DNA of 64,000 bases from Mobula hypostoma (taxonomy: Eukaryota). Below the pieces are notes generated by a model, which was not told the DNA's origin, did not search any database, and saw only the letters and a list, made by a program, of their open reading frames with translations. Numbering within the stretch: the stretch's first letter is position 1; each line of letters opens with the position of its first letter. Made by a program: the position numbers and the translations under genes. This document shows, piece by piece, positions 62,517 to 64,000 of this stretch. Location of the stretch: NCBI RefSeq assembly GCF_963921235.1, contig NC_086108.1, positions 108,378,001 to 108,442,000 on the forward strand. The letters are read 5' to 3'.

Positions 62517-63259
62517 GGCCTTCACTGAACAACGGACGGGACGCAAGCACAATGGACACCCTACCACTTAACGGCAACTTCAACAACAGCTACTCCATCC
62601 AAAACGGGGACTTCGGCAACGAGAGCGTCCAGGCGCTGGACTGCGGACTGAGCCTGGGGGACACAGCCTTCGAGAAGATGATTATCTCTGAGCTGGTGCA
62701 CAACAATCTGAGGGCCGGGGGGCTCAAGGCCCACCACCCCGAGCGCGGCTTGCCCTCCAAGGCGGCGGCCCCTCCAGTGGGGGGGAGCAGCAGTGAGGAC
62801 GACGCCATCGTGGCCGACGCCTCGTCCCTGGCGGCCGGCGAGCCCAGGCAACCAGAGCTGGAGGCGCCGCTCATCCCCCAGCGCACTCACTCCCTCCTGT
62901 ACCACCAGCAGAAAGGAGAACAGCCGCGGACTGAGCCAGCCTTCGTCGCTGGCCCCGACGAGCCTTTGCCGTCACCCAACAGAGACTCCCTGTACACAAG
63001 CATGCCCAACCTGAGGGACTCACCGGACCCAGAGAACAGCCCGGGGCCTGAGGAGGACTTGTCACCTTCCAAGAGGAGCGAGAATGAGGACCTTTATTAC
63101 AAGAGTATGCCCAACTTGGGTGGGGTGAACCAGCTCCAAACGTACTATCAGATCAGCCGGGGCAACAGCGACGGATATATTATCCCCGTTAACAAGGAGG
63201 AATCCATCCCGGAGGGGGATGTGCGGGAACGACAAATGCAATTGATCACCAGTCTGTGA
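62517..63259 (+). CDS. ADGRL2: ADGRL2 last coding exon with class I PDZ-binding motif (ITSL*)
   Basis: ccccag|[83 protein letters not shown] and QMQLITSL* are diagnostic of latrophilin-2 rather than -1 or -3. Confidence 0.96.
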
Positions 63260-63298
63260 AATGAAGCGCTCAAAGACTCAGTGAGACAAAAACACACC

Positions 63299-63340
<42 letters not shown>

Positions 63341-63884
63341 AAAACTAATGGACCTCTTCAGATGCCGGACTTGTGCTTGTTATATGGGTGTACGTGGAAA
63401 GGAATGCTGGGTCCTGTGGGAGGACGTCTGTGAGGCAAAGGACTCAGCGCAGAAATTGGTGTCCCGCCGCAAGTGAGACCAGGCACGCAGGTTGCTGCCC
63501 CAGCTCGTCTGGTGCGAGAGCCAGTCTAGGCAGCCATTTTGAAAACGGTTTCCTAGTTGTGTATATAGTTGCACCTTGCTTTCCTCTTGTTCCCTCCCAA
63601 CCCCTCCCCATACCTCACTCCTGACCCATCCTACAACCAAAGCCGGACTCCAGGCTCAACCACGAGGGACAGGTCTCCAACTTTGCGAAGGTTGTCTACA
63701 GTACTGTTAGTGCTCACAGGGGGGCTCCGCCAAGGGCAGGGGAGGGCCTCAGCCGGCCTTAGGAGGCATGGCTTCTCCATTCTTTGGACGAGTCTCTGCA
63801 CCTCACATCTGCTCAGCTGTATAGCTATCTGTTCTCACTGAGAAACGGCTAAAGAAGATATATTTTGTTGTAATGCTAGTGTAA

Positions 63885-63890
63885 AATAAA
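63885..63890 (+). promoter_or_regulatory. Candidate polyadenylation signal in the ADGRL2 3' UTR
   Basis: AATAAA about 625 nt after the stop in an AT-rich tract; the UTR may continue past the window. Confidence 0.3.
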
Positions 63891-64000
63891 GCAAATACGT
63901 TGTCAGACCTAAATATAAGAGAATTTTAAACGGAATACATTTGATGAAAATATTATGTGAATCTCCCAGTTGCACATATGATGAAATGTGGGGGGTTTGT

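Noticed and set aside
1..64000. CRISPR arrays, operons or other prokaryotic systems
   Set aside because: The sequence is a spliced vertebrate gene; the recurring short repeats are dispersed TE fragments without repeat-spacer periodicity.

Overview
Vertebrate genomic DNA, most likely from a cartilaginous fish (ray/shark; inferred only from the repeat landscape of CR1, Rex1/Babar, V-SINE and Penelope-type short elements). The window holds the 3' half of the adhesion GPCR latrophilin-2 (ADGRL2) on the + strand. Seven core coding exons with canonical AG/GT ends and matching phases run from TM3 to the PDZ-binding C-terminus (...QMQLITSL*, stop at 63259). There are also several alternative exons: a 44-nt ICL3-type cassette that is 1 nt short of frame-preserving, a 129-nt C-tail cassette, an 18/52-nt microexon that can also act as a terminal exon, and a stop-containing mini-exon. 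Introns are packed with nested transposons: a young CR1 LINE with an uninterrupted 1008-codon ORF2, decayed CR1 and Rex1 copies, an IR/DR Tc1 element inside a solo LTR, a pogo/Tigger deletion derivative, MITEs, SINEs and RTE-derived elements. The most notable observations are (1) a canonical U_UUA_AAC -1 frameshift site abutting the CR1 ORF1 stop, with ORF2 lacking an upstream ATG, (2) a family of Penelope-type short repeats whose consensus folds as a minimal hammerhead ribozyme, and (3) the splicing/polyadenylation switches controlling ICL3 and the PDZ tail. All family assignments are by motif recognition from memory; no searches were run.
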